Positions 46,064 through 60,375 of a DNA stretch of 64,000 nt are shown here, piece after piece. The stretch lies in the NCBI RefSeq assembly GCF_009914755.1, contig NC_060929.1, one strand, 5' to 3'. Numbering within the stretch: position 1 is the stretch's first letter; each line of letters starts with the position of its first letter. Under the pieces are notes generated by a model. That model searched no databases, was not told where the DNA came from, and saw only the letters and a program-made list of their open reading frames with translations. The translations under genes and the position numbers were made by a program. The DNA comes from the human T2T-CHM13v2.0 reference genome, Homo sapiens.

Positions 46064-46869
46064 TAACTAGCAACCAAGGCAGATAGTCAAGCCCTGGTTT
46101 ATAGTTAGGAGTTTGACCAGCTTCCGGACCTGACCCTCTGCTCCTACCGTGAGACTTCACATCACTTCTCTCTAAGCTTCAGTTCCATCATCAGTGAAAA
46201 GGATTAAGAGGGGGACTTACCTCATCAGTGATTAAGTGAGTTAATGTAAGTAAAGTGCCTTGAAGCAAACAACAGATAATAGCTATTGTTATTATTATTC
46301 GATGCAGAATCTCTGCATTGTGGTACTGTTGTTTTCCATCTCCTTTCTTCTGAAGAGCAGTAACACAATAGTGTTTTTCTTGGAGAGCACGGAAAACTGT
46401 TCAGGCTATTCAGGCATCTAAAGTCACCTTTGAGTTTTGCAGGTGAGTGGCATCACTCAGTCAAGGCAAATTCTATCAGAGTTGAGAATTTGGGCCTTTT
46501 CTCATCTTTTATTCTTAGTTGATCCAAAAATTCCTCAGGAATAGTGGAGTTGGTCCATTTGGTCTCCTATCTCAGCCAATGATACAAAGAACAGAGATAG
46601 CTACCATGGTATAAAGAGAGAGGAGTATTTACACACCATTCAGAAAATCAAAGAGGCAGATGTTGGACAAAGATCTTCCTTGTGTTTGGAAACGTAATAA
46701 ATATGACCAGTTACAAGCAATAGGCTATCTAAACTCTATTGCTTATACAATTCTATGACTTCAGGCCTTGGTGTTCTGTTCTGCCTGATGATTGTGGGAT
46801 ATGGTTCTATGAGCTCTTTAGAAGGAAGATGTTTGGTATCAAGCTAATTTCTGGAAGAACCAGCCTGAC

Positions 46870-47640
46870 TCTTTTGTGGTCCTGCTCCACTCCAGCCTCA
46901 GCCACCATTATCTCTTTTCTACATGACTCGGTAGCCCCCTAAATCATGTCCCTGCCTTTCCTTCACCCCACTTAGGGTGATTAGGGTCAGTTCTCCACTC
47001 AGGGGTCCACCTTCTTTATAGGAGAATATCAATCTTCAGCGAGGGTCTTAAAATGTCAATCATTGCCTGACCCCTGCTACATCCAACACGCCCAGTGACT
47101 TTCCACTGCACTCAGAACAAAGCCCCAAACTTTTTGCATGGCTCCAGGGCCCTGCATGAGGTCTTTGCATGCCTCACCAGCCTCATTTTGACTACTTTCC
47201 TCCAGAACCCTGGCCTCTGTGGCATTTTAGCACACACCAAGCTCATGCCCACCACAGGCCCTCCCACCTGTTCTCCCTCCCTGAGGAACAGTCCTCACCC
47301 TGCTTCATGTGTGCCTGGTGCCCCTTGTTCTACTGGCCACCACTTCTATGTCACCTGCTCAGAGAGGCTCCCCTCCCCTCCCAATGTATAATAGCTTTCC
47401 CTGTCCTGGTGCCTTGTTTGTTCTCTTTGGAGAAGACATCTTATCACAATCCCTGTTGACTTGGTTTATTTCTTTGTTGGCCTACTTTTTCGTGTGTTAT
47501 GCTCTATCTGTCACCCACTCCTCTGCCCCATCAGAATGTCAGTGGCTCAAGAGCATGGATCGTATCTGCTCTTGTGTTGTTCTACCTCTGGGGAGGGCCC
47601 ACCTGGGGTAGGTGCTCCCTAAATATGAAAGGAAGGGAGG
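46870..47640 (+). mobile_element. L2 fragments
   Basis: cactgcactcagaacaaagcccc...tgtcacctgctcagagaggc...taggtgctccctaaata. Confidence 0.6.
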
Positions 47641-50600
47641 CAGGGAGGGAGAAAGTCCCTGGAGAGGGGGACACCTTTCCAAGGCAGCCCCATTTCCTGT
47701 GAATGTAGGTGGTATCCCTGCTCAACCCTAGTGTTACTGTGCAAGTTAAAAATAAAACCCTTGGGTAGAGTGAGAAGCCTTTAAAGAGGCTGGGGGAGAG
47801 ATAATGAGAAACATGAGCCAGCCAACGCAGGTCCAGCAGGATGTGGGACCGGCCAGGAAGCAATGGGATCTTGGCTCCGGAAAAACACTGACTTTGGGGC
47901 TGCAATAGTCTGACCAATGCACGACTCCCGATTAGTCACCAGAAGCCTCTCTCTGGATCTGCAGTGTATGAAAAGACTTTAAAGTGGCCAATTCAGGATA
48001 TGCTTCCATCCTAGAGCAAGACGTGGTTAGAGGTTTCTAAAGAGATATTCTTTATAATTCTTAGAACAAGGGACTCCACACCCCTCCTCTGCCTGCCACG
48101 GGTCAGAATAAGAGGGAGAGGCCTGGAGGGAACGAGAAGCCATAAGGCCTTCCTTGGCTCACCCTCCCTCTGACCTCCCCTAGGGCCCATCCAGCGTGGG
48201 AGCCGAACCTCCCACCACAGTAGGGCTGCAGCCAGGGATCCCAAGGTGAAGCCGCCCTCCAAAGGCTTGGCTTGGTTCAGGGGCGGCGTGAGGTGGGGAG
48301 GGTCAGGTCAATGGGTCGTTAGAAACAACCCGGCCATCGCCTTGGAAACGCTCCCCCCTGCGCCGCATGCATCTGGATCCACCCTGAACCAGCTGTGTAT
48401 TAAACCCTCAGACCTCAGTGGGAGGTGGGGAAGCCTTAGGGAGGGTCATAGTGGGACAGGAAGAGGTCCACCTTCTGTACAGGAGAAAATCTTCAGGCCT
48501 TAATGAGAGGCCTAACGACCCAGGGGAGCAGCAAGTGAAAATCCATATTCTGGCCTCCCTTGGTGAAAGGATGGGCTGAGGGGAGTGTGGGGGCTGCCAG
48601 CATCCCCTCCTCCAGACTGCGACCTGGACCCCTTCCCAGAATCCATCTCTCTGTGCTGGTGCGGAAGCCAAGTGATGTGCTCATGGTCACCTGGTGCAAG
48701 GGAATATTCTCAGACCTCGAAAACATTGATCACCACTGGGTTTTTCCATATCCACAGCTATGAGGCAGTCAGGAGGACCACAAAAGAAGGGGAAGAGAAT
48801 TAGCAAGAATCAAGAGAGACAGCTATGCTGAGAGCTTTACATGCCACCTTGAATTTAACCTCCACCACCGTCCGTCCGCTGAGACAGGAGCTCTTACAGA
48901 TAAGGCAACTAAAATGTAAACAGGACCTGTTCCCCACCCAAGGTCACCCAACAAGGGAGGGTGGAGCATCGGGCAGCCAAAATGCAAAATGGCTGTGCAA
49001 TTTACCACCTATAATAGCCTGTCCTTTTATCTCTGCAGTCACTGTCCAAATGATTTGAACTCAAAGCTCAGTGCCAGGGGACATTGAGCAGAATTTTCAA
49101 AACGTACATATATTGAGGAACTGAACACCCCCTGGCTGGTTGGGAACCCCAAAGCCTTTTTGTGCATTGAGCGAAAGGGATCTATTGAAGTCAACTCTTC
49201 TTTAATCATTTTTTGGGAACATCTACAGCTTAAAACTTCGGAACAAGTAGCCTGTGTCTGCCCTGGGCGTAACCTCTTTAAGGAGGCTATTTCTTTCTCG
49301 GCTAGTTCTAGGCTCCTGACATGAGGATTTCAAGTGCTTAAAAGGCACAGGATAATAATCTTCCCCTGGAAGAAAAAAGGCCGACAAAGGAACAGCAGGG
49401 AAACAGGTGACCTGCATGTCCTAGTACCATTTTTTGAATTCAAGTACATTCTCATGAAGACTTCCAAAAAACCTTTGCCAGAAAATTTGCCAGCCGCAAC
49501 AATCATTCATATCTTATTGAGCAAATACTAGGTGCTGTGCATTGCGTGCTAAAACATTTTAGGCACTCTACGTGGATTCTCTCCCTACATTCTTACACCA
49601 ATCCTATGAGATAGGAACAAGTTACACTGATGCAGTGCTGGCATGTAGTATAGACTTTAGATATATTAACTCACATCTTCCTGTCAACAACCCTAGGACA
49701 GAACCGCTGCTATTATCTCTATTTTATGGAATCAAAGAGGTTGTGTAACTTGACCAGGGTCACGCAGCTATTGAACGTCAGATCCAGAATTCACACCCAG
49801 ACAGTCCCATTCCAGGGTTCATGCTTTGACCAACATGCTACCCTACCAGAGTGCCACAGGCTGTGGCTCTGAAATAGGGAAAGGTTAATGAGAGATGGGT
49901 CAGAACTGTCAGAAGTATTCCTGTCTTCTTCTGTGTGAGCTAGCTTTCCAAGGAGCTTAGGGCTCTGCTTCACATGCCTTCAGCTAAGACATCCCAGGAC
50001 CAGCCTGGGAGAATGGCAGTGAGCTTTGTGTGGCCAACTGAGTGAAGATTTCATCCTTGGAAATAACTCTCAATTGAAAGAAACCATTCTGAAGTCACCC
50101 TGCATCTCTGCCATTTAGAAAGATCCCCATTTTTACTTCAAAACAAAAACAAAAAACAAAACAACAACAACAACAACAACAAATCAAGGCTCAAGGAGGA
50201 ATGTTTTACTCCTATAACTTAAATACCACCTTATCACCAAAGGCAATGCAGCCAACTGCAAAAAGCCTGGACTGGCCCGGGCAGCAGCTCTCTTCTCCTC
50301 TGGGCTGCGAACTTGCTCTGCGTAGACTCCAGGGAGCGACTCTGGAGCATTCATTCTCAACTTTCCTTTAGTTGCTGTTTCTTAATTCTGATAGATATTC
50401 TGACGAAGGATAAGAAGAGTCTCATTTTCTAGAAGCTCTTTATGTCCTTAAAGGTATTGGTTCAGCACTTTGCACACATTGATTAATCAATGCAAACTGC
50501 TTCCACTATTCCCATCAGACTGATGGGGAAGGCAGAGATGAGCTACATTGTCTGTCTCCATGGGTGCAAGGGCTGGAACATGCTGGATCCATGTCTCCCT

Positions 50601-53084
50601 TCTGGGTGCCTGACATCACTTGTTTGTCTTTGATGCCCATCAGCCAAAAGAAGTTATTCATCTCTAAGCATGAATAATACCACTAGGGTGGATTTTTCCA
50701 GGCTTCCGAAGTGAGTTCTCTGCAGAGATGACACTAAGCCGACTAAGCCAGAGCAGCTGACACATAGCATAGGGTCCTGGGAACTGCAAGAGGCCAGCCC
50801 ACCTGAGTTAGGGTGAGAGGCTCTTGATGCAAAAGTCTCAGCTTTACTTTCCAGGCCCCTTTCCAGAGCTATAAGGGACAACAGAGGGTAGAAGGTCCCA
50901 TTGCTGTCCTGAGTCTTGGCTTTAACACTCCCAACATTTAGTGATTCACTCAGTCATTCATTAGACTGATATTTGAGCACCTACCCTGTGGCACGGCTCT
51001 GTCCTATTCACTGGGGATATAGCAGGGAGCAAAACAGACAAGGTCTTATTCCTGCCTTCATAAGGCTTACATTCTAAGGGAGAGAATGGGTAATAGAAAG
51101 TTTTTTTAAAAATTGACAAGAAAATTACGAATTGAGGTAAGCGGCATGAAGGAAAAATAAGTCAGAGGGGAGAAACAGGGAAAACTTTTGGAGGAACTGA
51201 CAAGAGAGGCAGGGCCTGAAGGATGGAAAGAGGCCTGCTACCTGAAGAACTGGGGGGAAAGCATCCCAGGCAGATGAAACAGCAGTTGCAAAGTCTGAGA
51301 GTCAGGAAAGGGCCTAGAACAGCAGAGGAGCAGACAGGAGGCCAGGGCTGGATGGGTTGGTGTGATGTCGGATGGGTAAGAGTCAGATGGATCTTACCCC
51401 CCAAGAGGCCTCCTGTCTACTTTCTCACCTTCCTGAAAATCACCACTCTCCCTTACAGTATGCTTCAGGAACTCATCATTGCTAAGCCAAATCCAGTCCC
51501 TCTGCTCAAACTGAAGAGAAGGGAATTATTTTTGTGGCAGACGGGGTATGTGGTAAAGGCATGGCATTCGGTTTTATATGCAGACTTTTTACATACGGAT
51601 CATGCCAACAACAGCTGAGAAGCTCCCCAGTGATGGATGTGTTTGCCTCGGAATGGAGTCATTCAGGCACCTGCAAGGCTGCAAACACCAACCTGGGACT
51701 CTCCCTCACCCGCAGCACCCACCTTGCTGCTTCTTGGTGACATCATGAAAAAGGCAAATTGGGCTTCGGGTACTCTGCACTCCTCCTTTCAGCGCCCTCT
51801 GCCCCTTTCCAGGCTTGTCTCCACCCATTCTCTCCCCCAGTGCTCTCATGGGCTCTGCCTGGACTAATCTCTGCCATTCGCCACAGTCCCTGATGAATAA
51901 ATCACCTTCTGAATGCACGCCTGCTCCTGCAACTTCAGGCAAAGTACAGGCAGGCAAAAGAGAGGCTAGATTTATAAGACCTTTCTGTGTCCTTCAAATG
52001 ATGCCAAAGAAGGGGCTGCCTAGTCCACTGCAGTCTGAGCCTGGCCCGGCTGCCTAGCTTACTAATTAGCTGTACTGACAGGAGAGTCCCTATTCAGACC
52101 CTTCCCAGTGGAGCCATTGCAAATTCCTAGAGCATACTCTGTTGAGGAAGGACTATGGCTAAAACACTTTGAGGAGTGGCCTGGAACTTCACTCCCTAAT
52201 GGCCAGGCACCCAACCTTGGGTGTGTGAGCTCAGAAAGCCTGACGTCTCTCTCCAGGGCTGACCCACTGCTAAAACTTGCCATCTGCCCTTCTAGCCCAT
52301 CGTTCCCTTCGTTGAAATGAGAGACTGCCCTACATAGGATCACTTTCTCCCCTGGCTTTCTAGGGCTCACAGCTTAAGGAACTAAATCCTCAGTATGGCC
52401 GCACAGTCTGACCCCGCCTGCTTCTTGGGTTCTGGCTCTCCCCTTCATCCCTGCACTCAGCCACACTGGCCTTCCTCCCGCTCCTTGGTGATGCCAGGCT
52501 TCCTCACACCAGGCAACCTTTGTGCATGCTCCTCTCCCTGCCACCTGAAATATTCTGCCCTCACCAGTTGAAATCTGCTGATCCGTCAGACCTCAACCCA
52601 AGCCTCACCTCCTCATGGAAGCTTTCCAGGACCCCCTGTTGGGGTCAAGTTCCCCTGCCATGTGGTTTTTCAGGACCACTCGGTAGAATTGCTGCTTGAT
52701 TGATGTCTATACCCCCATCTAGCCTCTAACTTTCATGAAGGTGGGGGCTCTTGTCCTCAGGCACTGCTGTAGCCCAGTGTCTCACATGCCCTCTGGCACA
52801 CAGGAGGCATCCATGCTGAGCTGAATGAACCTGACATGGCCCTCAGTAGGCCCATCCCAATCCCCTCTCCCTTTCCTCTTTTCCTCCAGCCTCCCTTCTC
52901 TTATTTACATTTGCTTCCTTCCTCCCTCTTCACTCTTTCTGTTCATTCCTTCTTCCCTCTTGGGCCTTGGGCCTACTTGTTGCTCCCAATTTGCCAAACC
53001 TTTGCAGCATGTGTAGGCCTTCAACCAGATCACCCCAGAGCCATGGCCTAGCGGGGGAACCTAGGAATCTGGCTTTCTACGGGG

Positions 53085-53480
53085 TTAGTCTGTTATGGTT
53101 GCCATAACAAGCACCATAGGCTGGGTGGCTGAAACAACAGAAACAAGAAACTTATTCTCTTACAGTGTTGAAGGCTGGAAGTCCAAGATCAAGGTGTCAG
53201 CAGGGTTGGTTCCTTCTGAGGCTATGAAAGAAGGACTTGTTCCAAGCCTCTCTCCTTGGCTAGTAGATGGCCATCTTCTTCCTATGTCCACTCACTTTGT
53301 CTTCTCTCTATGCATGACACCAGTTATAGTGGAGTAGGACCCACCCTAATGATTTCATTGTAACTTGATTATCTCTGTAAAGACCCTATCTCCAAAATAA
53401 GGTTGCATTCTCGGGCAATAGGGGATAGGGGGTGAATTTCATCTTATGAATTTGGGGGTGGACACAACTCAACCCTAACA
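53085..53480 (-). mobile_element. MLT1 (MaLR) solo LTR
   Basis: gttgccataacaa...aggctggaagtccaagatcaaggtgtcagcagggttgg...gacacaactcaaccctaaca. Confidence 0.88.
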
Positions 53481-54084
53481 CCTACCACCACATGTCCATT
53501 GCCACAACTGTCTTCGACTCATTGAATGAAATAAAAATAAGGAAACACCAGACACGTCTTCTGAAGAAAGGACACAGGAGTCTGGGAATGGGATGGGCAT
53601 GACAGGAATGGCAACTGGAGAAAGACACCCCACTGAAGAATGAGAAAGGAGCGTGGTACTGACAGGAGCTAAAACTACTCTCATTGAATGGCCTAGCAGT
53701 TAGTTACACATCTAGGCTCTGGTAAGCTGCTAGTTCTGAGTTCAAATCCCCACTCAGTCACTTACTACCAGTGAGGTTTTTCCCTTGCTCATAAAATGTG
53801 GGTAAAATAGTAATACCTCACTTATGGGATTGTTGTGAAGATTAAATGAGAGACTAGCCCAAGCATAGGGCTTCACAGTGTACCCAGCACATAATAACTC
53901 AATATGTACCAAATGTGCTGTTATTGTTATCATAATAGGGGTGGTCTCACCAGGTATTTCAGGAAGAAGTGATGACAAAGAAGAGGGTAATTGCCATGAC
54001 TGAGTCCACACAACTCTGTGTTCCCTCTCATAGTCACAACGAGAAAGGAAGCCGAGCAACAGCCAGACCTGATCTTCTTTAATT

Positions 54085-54255
54085 GTGCTCTGTGGACCAA
54101 AGGCAACAGAATTACCTAGGCCCCACCCAGAAAATGCAGAATCCTGGGTCCCTTATGAAGCCACCGAATCAAAATTGTGGGGAGCAACCAGGAACCTGAT
54201 TTTTAAACAAGTTCCCCTGTGATTCTTATGCACATTAAAATTTGAAAACCCCTGG
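54085..54255. mobile_element. MER5A-like
   Basis: aaaatgcagaatcctggg...ttttaaacaagttcccc..gtgattcttatgcacattaaaatttgaaaac. Confidence 0.7.
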
Positions 54256-55325
54256 ACAAAGCCACAGTTCCTGGAGGAGCAGAGATGAGTCATGTCCATG
54301 AGTAATACCCCATGTTGACACAGCCCTGGTGCAAGGTAGGCACGCCCCTCACACCTGTTCTCATCACCAACATTCCTTGGACAAGGTCAGGAGACGGTCT
54401 TGAGCAATTTGGTATAAAACAAATCTCTGTAAGTCACATTTTAAATATAATATTTAGAGGGATTGCATTGGCAAATCAAATTGTTTTCATTATTGTAAAT
54501 TGTACTGTGCTCAGATACTTACCCAATCTTGACTTCAAATTTAGCTCAACATGACCTCTGGCCTTAGGCTTGAGGATTGTAAGGCCCCCTGGCCCAGCAC
54601 GCTTGCTGTGCTTGGGGCTCTGTTGTTAGCACTCTGTTTATTTTGTTCTTGGGCACCGTCCACTACCTGGTCAGAAAAACCTTAGCCCCACTGTTCCCCA
54701 GTGCCTGTGTTCATGTCTTGCCCCAAAGACCCAATCCCAGAGGCTATGGGTCCTCAAGGTTGAGATTCTACCTATGGCCCAAGCTAAGGTCCTGCCATCT
54801 CTTAGCAGAATTTCCAAATCCTGGCCTACTTTCTAGGGTCTTCCAATATCATCTGGTGCTGAATTCCTATCACCAAGCTCCATGTGCCTCTCAGGACACC
54901 TCTCATAATCCCCCCAAACCATATACAGCCTATCAGTGAGGAGCACAGGCTCGCTGGACAGCCTAGGTATGAAGCTTGGCTCTGCCACTTGGTGGCTGTG
55001 TGACCTTAGCCAAACACCCCACCCAACAAGCCTCAATTCCTGCATCTATAACAGCCCCTACTATTATATGCAGCGTTGTCATGAGTATTGAGTGAGGTGA
55101 TACACTTACAGCCAAGCACAGTGCTTGGGCACAGCAAGGGCTCAATAAATGTTGGGGACCGGTCCAAAAGCTGTTCCATGTCTGAGTGCGCGTACATGTG
55201 AACAAAGCTCCATGCCAAAGCAAATGTGTCTCCAAGCTACCCTAGCAGTGGCACCAGGGGTCACTTATAGAGTGTCACTTTGGGCTTTGGAACAAATGGA
55301 CTTGTAAGCAGCCTTTTCTCCTCTA

Positions 55326-55636
<311 letters not shown>

Positions 55637-56519
55637 TAGAATTCACCTTTGAATAATAATAATAATAATAGCAAATACATGGTACTCACTATGAGCTAGA
55701 CCCTGTGCTGATAAGGGCATTACTCATTTGATTCCTTCCATAACAAGGCTGGTACTTTATTACCCCCACTTTACAGATGAGGAAACCAAGGGCCAAAGTC
55801 ACAGGACTAATAAGTGGCAGAATTTGGATCCCAGGCAGCCCAGCTACAGAATCTATGTACTTAGCTAATGTGTTATGCTCCCTCTCGTAAGTAGTATAAT
55901 TTAATTATTAAAAAGGAAAGGGGAAAACAACGAAAAAGTTAAAGACAGAGAAATGTTTTAAGCAGTTAGCATTGGCACCAGGATTCTTGCAAGTGAACTC
56001 AAGAAGCTCACTTCTGGCTGGGTTTAAACCATGGTGTATTTAATAATCAAAATAATTGCTATTCCTTCCCTCCCCTTTTCTCTCCCTGTAGGCCACTGGC
56101 CCAGATGCTTGTTCTTGTTCCTGTACCTTGGACTCCTTTGCTTATCTTTCCGCTGAGTTGGACACGCTAGCCCAGGCCCATTCTCTGTTACCTGCCCACC
56201 CAATCAGTCCCCTTCCTTCTCTGTGGTTGTTTGGGCTGGATCCAGTCATATCTCAAGATGGGGACGCCTTGCTGGTACTTGAACATTTGTTGATTAGTGA
56301 ACCCTTTCTTCAGAAAAAGTACTCTCACCCACATGTATAGATGTTAGATTTACCTAAAGCATGGTATGCCTGTGGCACAAACAACTTCAGATTATTTTTC
56401 CAGCAACCTAAATCAAGGGATACTGCATTAGCCATGCACTGCTTATTTAATGAGGTGGAAATGGGTGTGTCCACTCTGCACAATACCTAACCCCTGGGAG
56501 CTAGCATACAGGCTGACAG

Positions 56520-57374
<855 letters not shown>

Positions 57375-59101
57375 GCAGTCCCAAGATCCTAATAGTTTAT
57401 GTGTAGTTCACAGAATGCATGTCACCTAAGTGAGTGGCTGCACTGTCCCAAGATGAGATGTCCCTTCAATGTAGATACGGCATATGGATGTCCGCCCACC
57501 ATCTCCACTGAATGTTATCATCATGGCTGGTGCTACTCACCTGTAAAGTCAAACCACTTAACCAGATATGGCTTCCTTGATCCTTTGCAGAACTAGTCAA
57601 GTCATATGTAAACAGCAGATTTGAGAGAGAATTTAAAAGAAACTCATTGTGTTTTCTCTTAAAGTTTTGCATACTAAGTTTGCTTTGGATTACATACTTC
57701 ATTTGCAAACCCATTTATTCACACTAACAAAGGCAGGGGCAACAGAAGAAAGTCTCTCTGAGTCCCTCTGCCAACAGCAAATTGTTGATCTTGCCTTCAG
57801 ATCAACATCTCAAGAGGGGACTTTCCTCGGAAGCCCTCAAAGACCAACACAAAGAAAACAAAGGAAAAGGGAATTTGCGACTGTGAATCAGAGTCTCCAC
57901 CAAAATCCTCAGTCATCCACACTGACAAACAGCTCCAGTAAACTGCTGGCCACCCTTCACTAGACATCACTTCCCAAAGCGAGGCCCACTCCTTTCAGCC
58001 CTGATGCCACTGCTGCTGGCTCACTGTTACACAGAGCTGGTGGAGGGGCAGCCTGGCTCGCCCTCAGCCGGGATGCTCAAGTCCTCCCACTGGGTCGGGG
58101 AGCTAACTCGTAAACAATCGCATCCCTGTAGAGAATGAAAGGAAAAGTGCCAGTCACCAGTGCAGAAAGGAGGGAGGCAAGCGGGGGTGGTGGGGTGGTG
58201 GGTGGATGTAACATAGCTAGAGAATAATGGAGTGTTTGAATTCTGCTGAGGCAGAGTGAGCCCTTGGGCCTCCCTTGGGTCTCTGAAAAGTGCGTACTTG
58301 ATTAAATGCCTGAAATTTCCATCTCAGTATCTGGAGGGCTGCATTTCTGAAGTGCTCCTCTGCAGCAGCCTTGCATACCTTTGGCATGTAATTGTGATGT
58401 GGGTGTGGATAGTGTATGTGCCAGAGACTCTGTCCATTCTGACTCCTTCTTTCCTAGTGCCCATCGGAGGGGTACTGAAACGAGGATGTGATATTCCAAG
58501 ATCAGAAAGGAAGGAAAGAAGTAATCCGAGTGACCATGGGGCCATGGGAATACCACCCTACCAAAACCCTGAGCTGACACACCCAGATAATCCTAAACTT
58601 CAGCCTGACTTCTATATCAAAAGGTTAATAAAATCTAAGCTGCCCACCATGTGGACAGCTTTTCCAAGGCAGCTGAATATCCAGGCTTCCCAAGAGAGAG
58701 CTAGTGTGACACAGCACGATAATGCTAGCCACACTCACCACAGCCAGACTCACCGCAGCTTTCTGCTTCTGCCGAACCTCAAGGGCTGCATCCAGCACTT
58801 TAGTAAATGAGAAATGCCTGCCCCCTCCAGCCCTGATTCAGGGCCAGTGTCAGGCGGGCACTGGAGGAATGGAGATAATGTGGCGGCATGGTGCATTCAT
58901 ATTTTTGCAGTCTCTAAACTAGAAGTACTATTTTTACATGTCTGTGACATCAGCATGCCCTTCCCCCAGAGCAGTCTGCACCATGGTTTAAACCCAGCCA
59001 AAGGTGAGCTTCTTGAGATTCACTTGCAGGAGTCCTGGTTCCAGTGCTATCTGCTTGAAACATTTTCTTTCTTCTCCAAGTAGCATTACATTTGCACTTG
59101 G

Positions 59102-59111
59102 ACACACACAC

Positions 59112-59145
<34 letters not shown>
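59102..59145. repeat. Interrupted (CA)n microsatellite ((UG)n in FGF1 pre-mRNA)
   Basis: Directly visible about 50 nt below the exon -1B donor. Confidence 0.95.
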
Positions 59146-59146
<1 letters not shown>

Positions 59147-59196
59147 CCTCAGCTATAACCTGCTCTGTTTCCCAGATCAGATGCCCTGATTCTTAC

Positions 59197-59306
59197 CTAA
59201 AGAGCTTGTAGGCCGAGGGCTGTACCTCTCTCCACACTCGCTCAGTGCTGTCCCAGGGGAAGCAGAATCCACTTGGTGTCTTCTTCTCAGAGTAGCCCGG
59301 CTCTCT
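59197..59306 (-). other. FGF1: Non-coding first exon -1B (brain/heart promoter 5'UTR) of FGF1
   Basis: Reverse complement reads GAGCCGGGCTACTCTGAGAAGAAGACACCAAGTGGATTCTG...CCTACAAGCTCTTTAG, matching my recollection of the FGF1 mRNA 5'UTR. It ends in a strong donor TAG|GTAAGA (GT at 59196-59195) and contains no AUG. TSS approximate. Confidence 0.92.
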
Positions 59307-59850
59307 GAACCTCCAGGCTACTGCAGCTCTGAGTGGGGAGAGGGACGGGCCGTGGCATGCACATCAGGTTGCTGGCCTGCCTCCAGATACCATGCCACAG
59401 AGCTGGCTACCCGTCCCTAGGGCTCTGTGGGAAATCGAGGTGGGGGGGGTGTAGGCTGGGGGAGCCAAGAATGTCAGCCTCTAGGTCTATCTCCGGTCCT
59501 TGTTTATCAGTAGAGGGGACCTGCCTTTAGACAACCGCCCACTCCCACACCACCCGCAGGGATGCACACAGCTCTAAGCAACCCCTACTCTGGACAGCCA
59601 GCAGCAGGCCCAGGAACACAGAGCCATTGGCCAGCCAGGAGGGAGGTAGAGACAGAAGACGGTGGCAGCAGCTACCCTGGGTGTTATTTTAACGTGGTTT
59701 GTCTTGGGGCAAATGTGTGAGCCGAATGGACTTCTGGCCCGTCTGAGCAGAATCCTGTTTATTTTGAGGCCTGAGTTGCCAGGGAAACAGCAGGTCGTGG
59801 CTCGGAGACTCTCCTCTGGAGTCAGAAGGCTGCTGGATGAAAGGGAGGCC
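59307..59850 (-). promoter_or_regulatory. FGF1: FGF1 1B (F1B) promoter
   Basis: Repeat-free sequence directly upstream of exon -1B. Contains minus-strand CCAAT at 59626-59630, GC/GT-box-like runs near 59440-59560 and the RR-2/RFX element. Confidence 0.85.
59773..59796 (-). promoter_or_regulatory. RFX X-box 18-bp element (CTGTTTCCCTGGCAACTC) plus adjacent imperfect E-box GACCTG of the F1B RR-2 region
   Basis: Minus strand reads GACCTGCTGTTTCCCTGGCAACTC. GTTTCCCTGGCAAC fits the X-box consensus. It lies 467-484 bp upstream of 59306, agreeing with the published position as I recall it. Confidence 0.85.
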
Positions 59851-60354
59851 TTTTCTGTTCTGTCATCTGGCATCCCTGCATGGGGTGTAGGTGTCTGTGT
59901 GTGGCAACGTGTATGTGTGCGTGTGTGTGTCTGTCTGTGCCATCCCCAGAGCCAAGCCCTACAAATGGCATTTTACGAAGTCAATCGAGGCAAAAGCCAT
60001 CCAGGTTGGGACTGGCGAGGGGCTGCAGAGGTGGCAGCTCTGTCCTCCCTCTCCACTGTTCAAGCCTGTCCCCGTTGGATGAGGTGAATCCTCAGGTGAG
60101 CTCAACTTCAGGGGTGGGAAATTCTTCAATGGGCCATGGACATCCTCTTTAGACTTCTGGCCAGGACAGGGTAAGGAAGGGAGGGAGCTGTCTGGACAAA
60201 TAACTCTTTGGCTAGAAGGTGGGGAATAAGGTGGACTGAAAGGATATGGATCAAGAGCTGTCTTTGAAGAAACCAAATGAAAACATGATTAATAGTTTCC
60301 AATAATTGAAGAGTCGCTCCTGCTTATGCAGGCGTTTGAGCCCAGAAGGCATGA

Positions 60355-60375
60355 GTGTGTGTGTGTGTGTGTGTG
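60355..60375. repeat. (GT)n microsatellite
   Basis: Directly visible. Confidence 0.9.

Noticed and set aside
48299-48311. GGGTCAGGTCA nuclear-receptor-like half sites
   Set aside because: The half sites overlap and match no standard DR spacing.
50511-50527. Short perfect inverted repeats (also 61066-61086)
   Set aside because: 8-bp stems are expected by chance in 64 kb; no miRNA-like hairpin.
58256-58810. 184-aa ORF
   Set aside because: Non-AUG start, no recognisable domain, antisense intronic.
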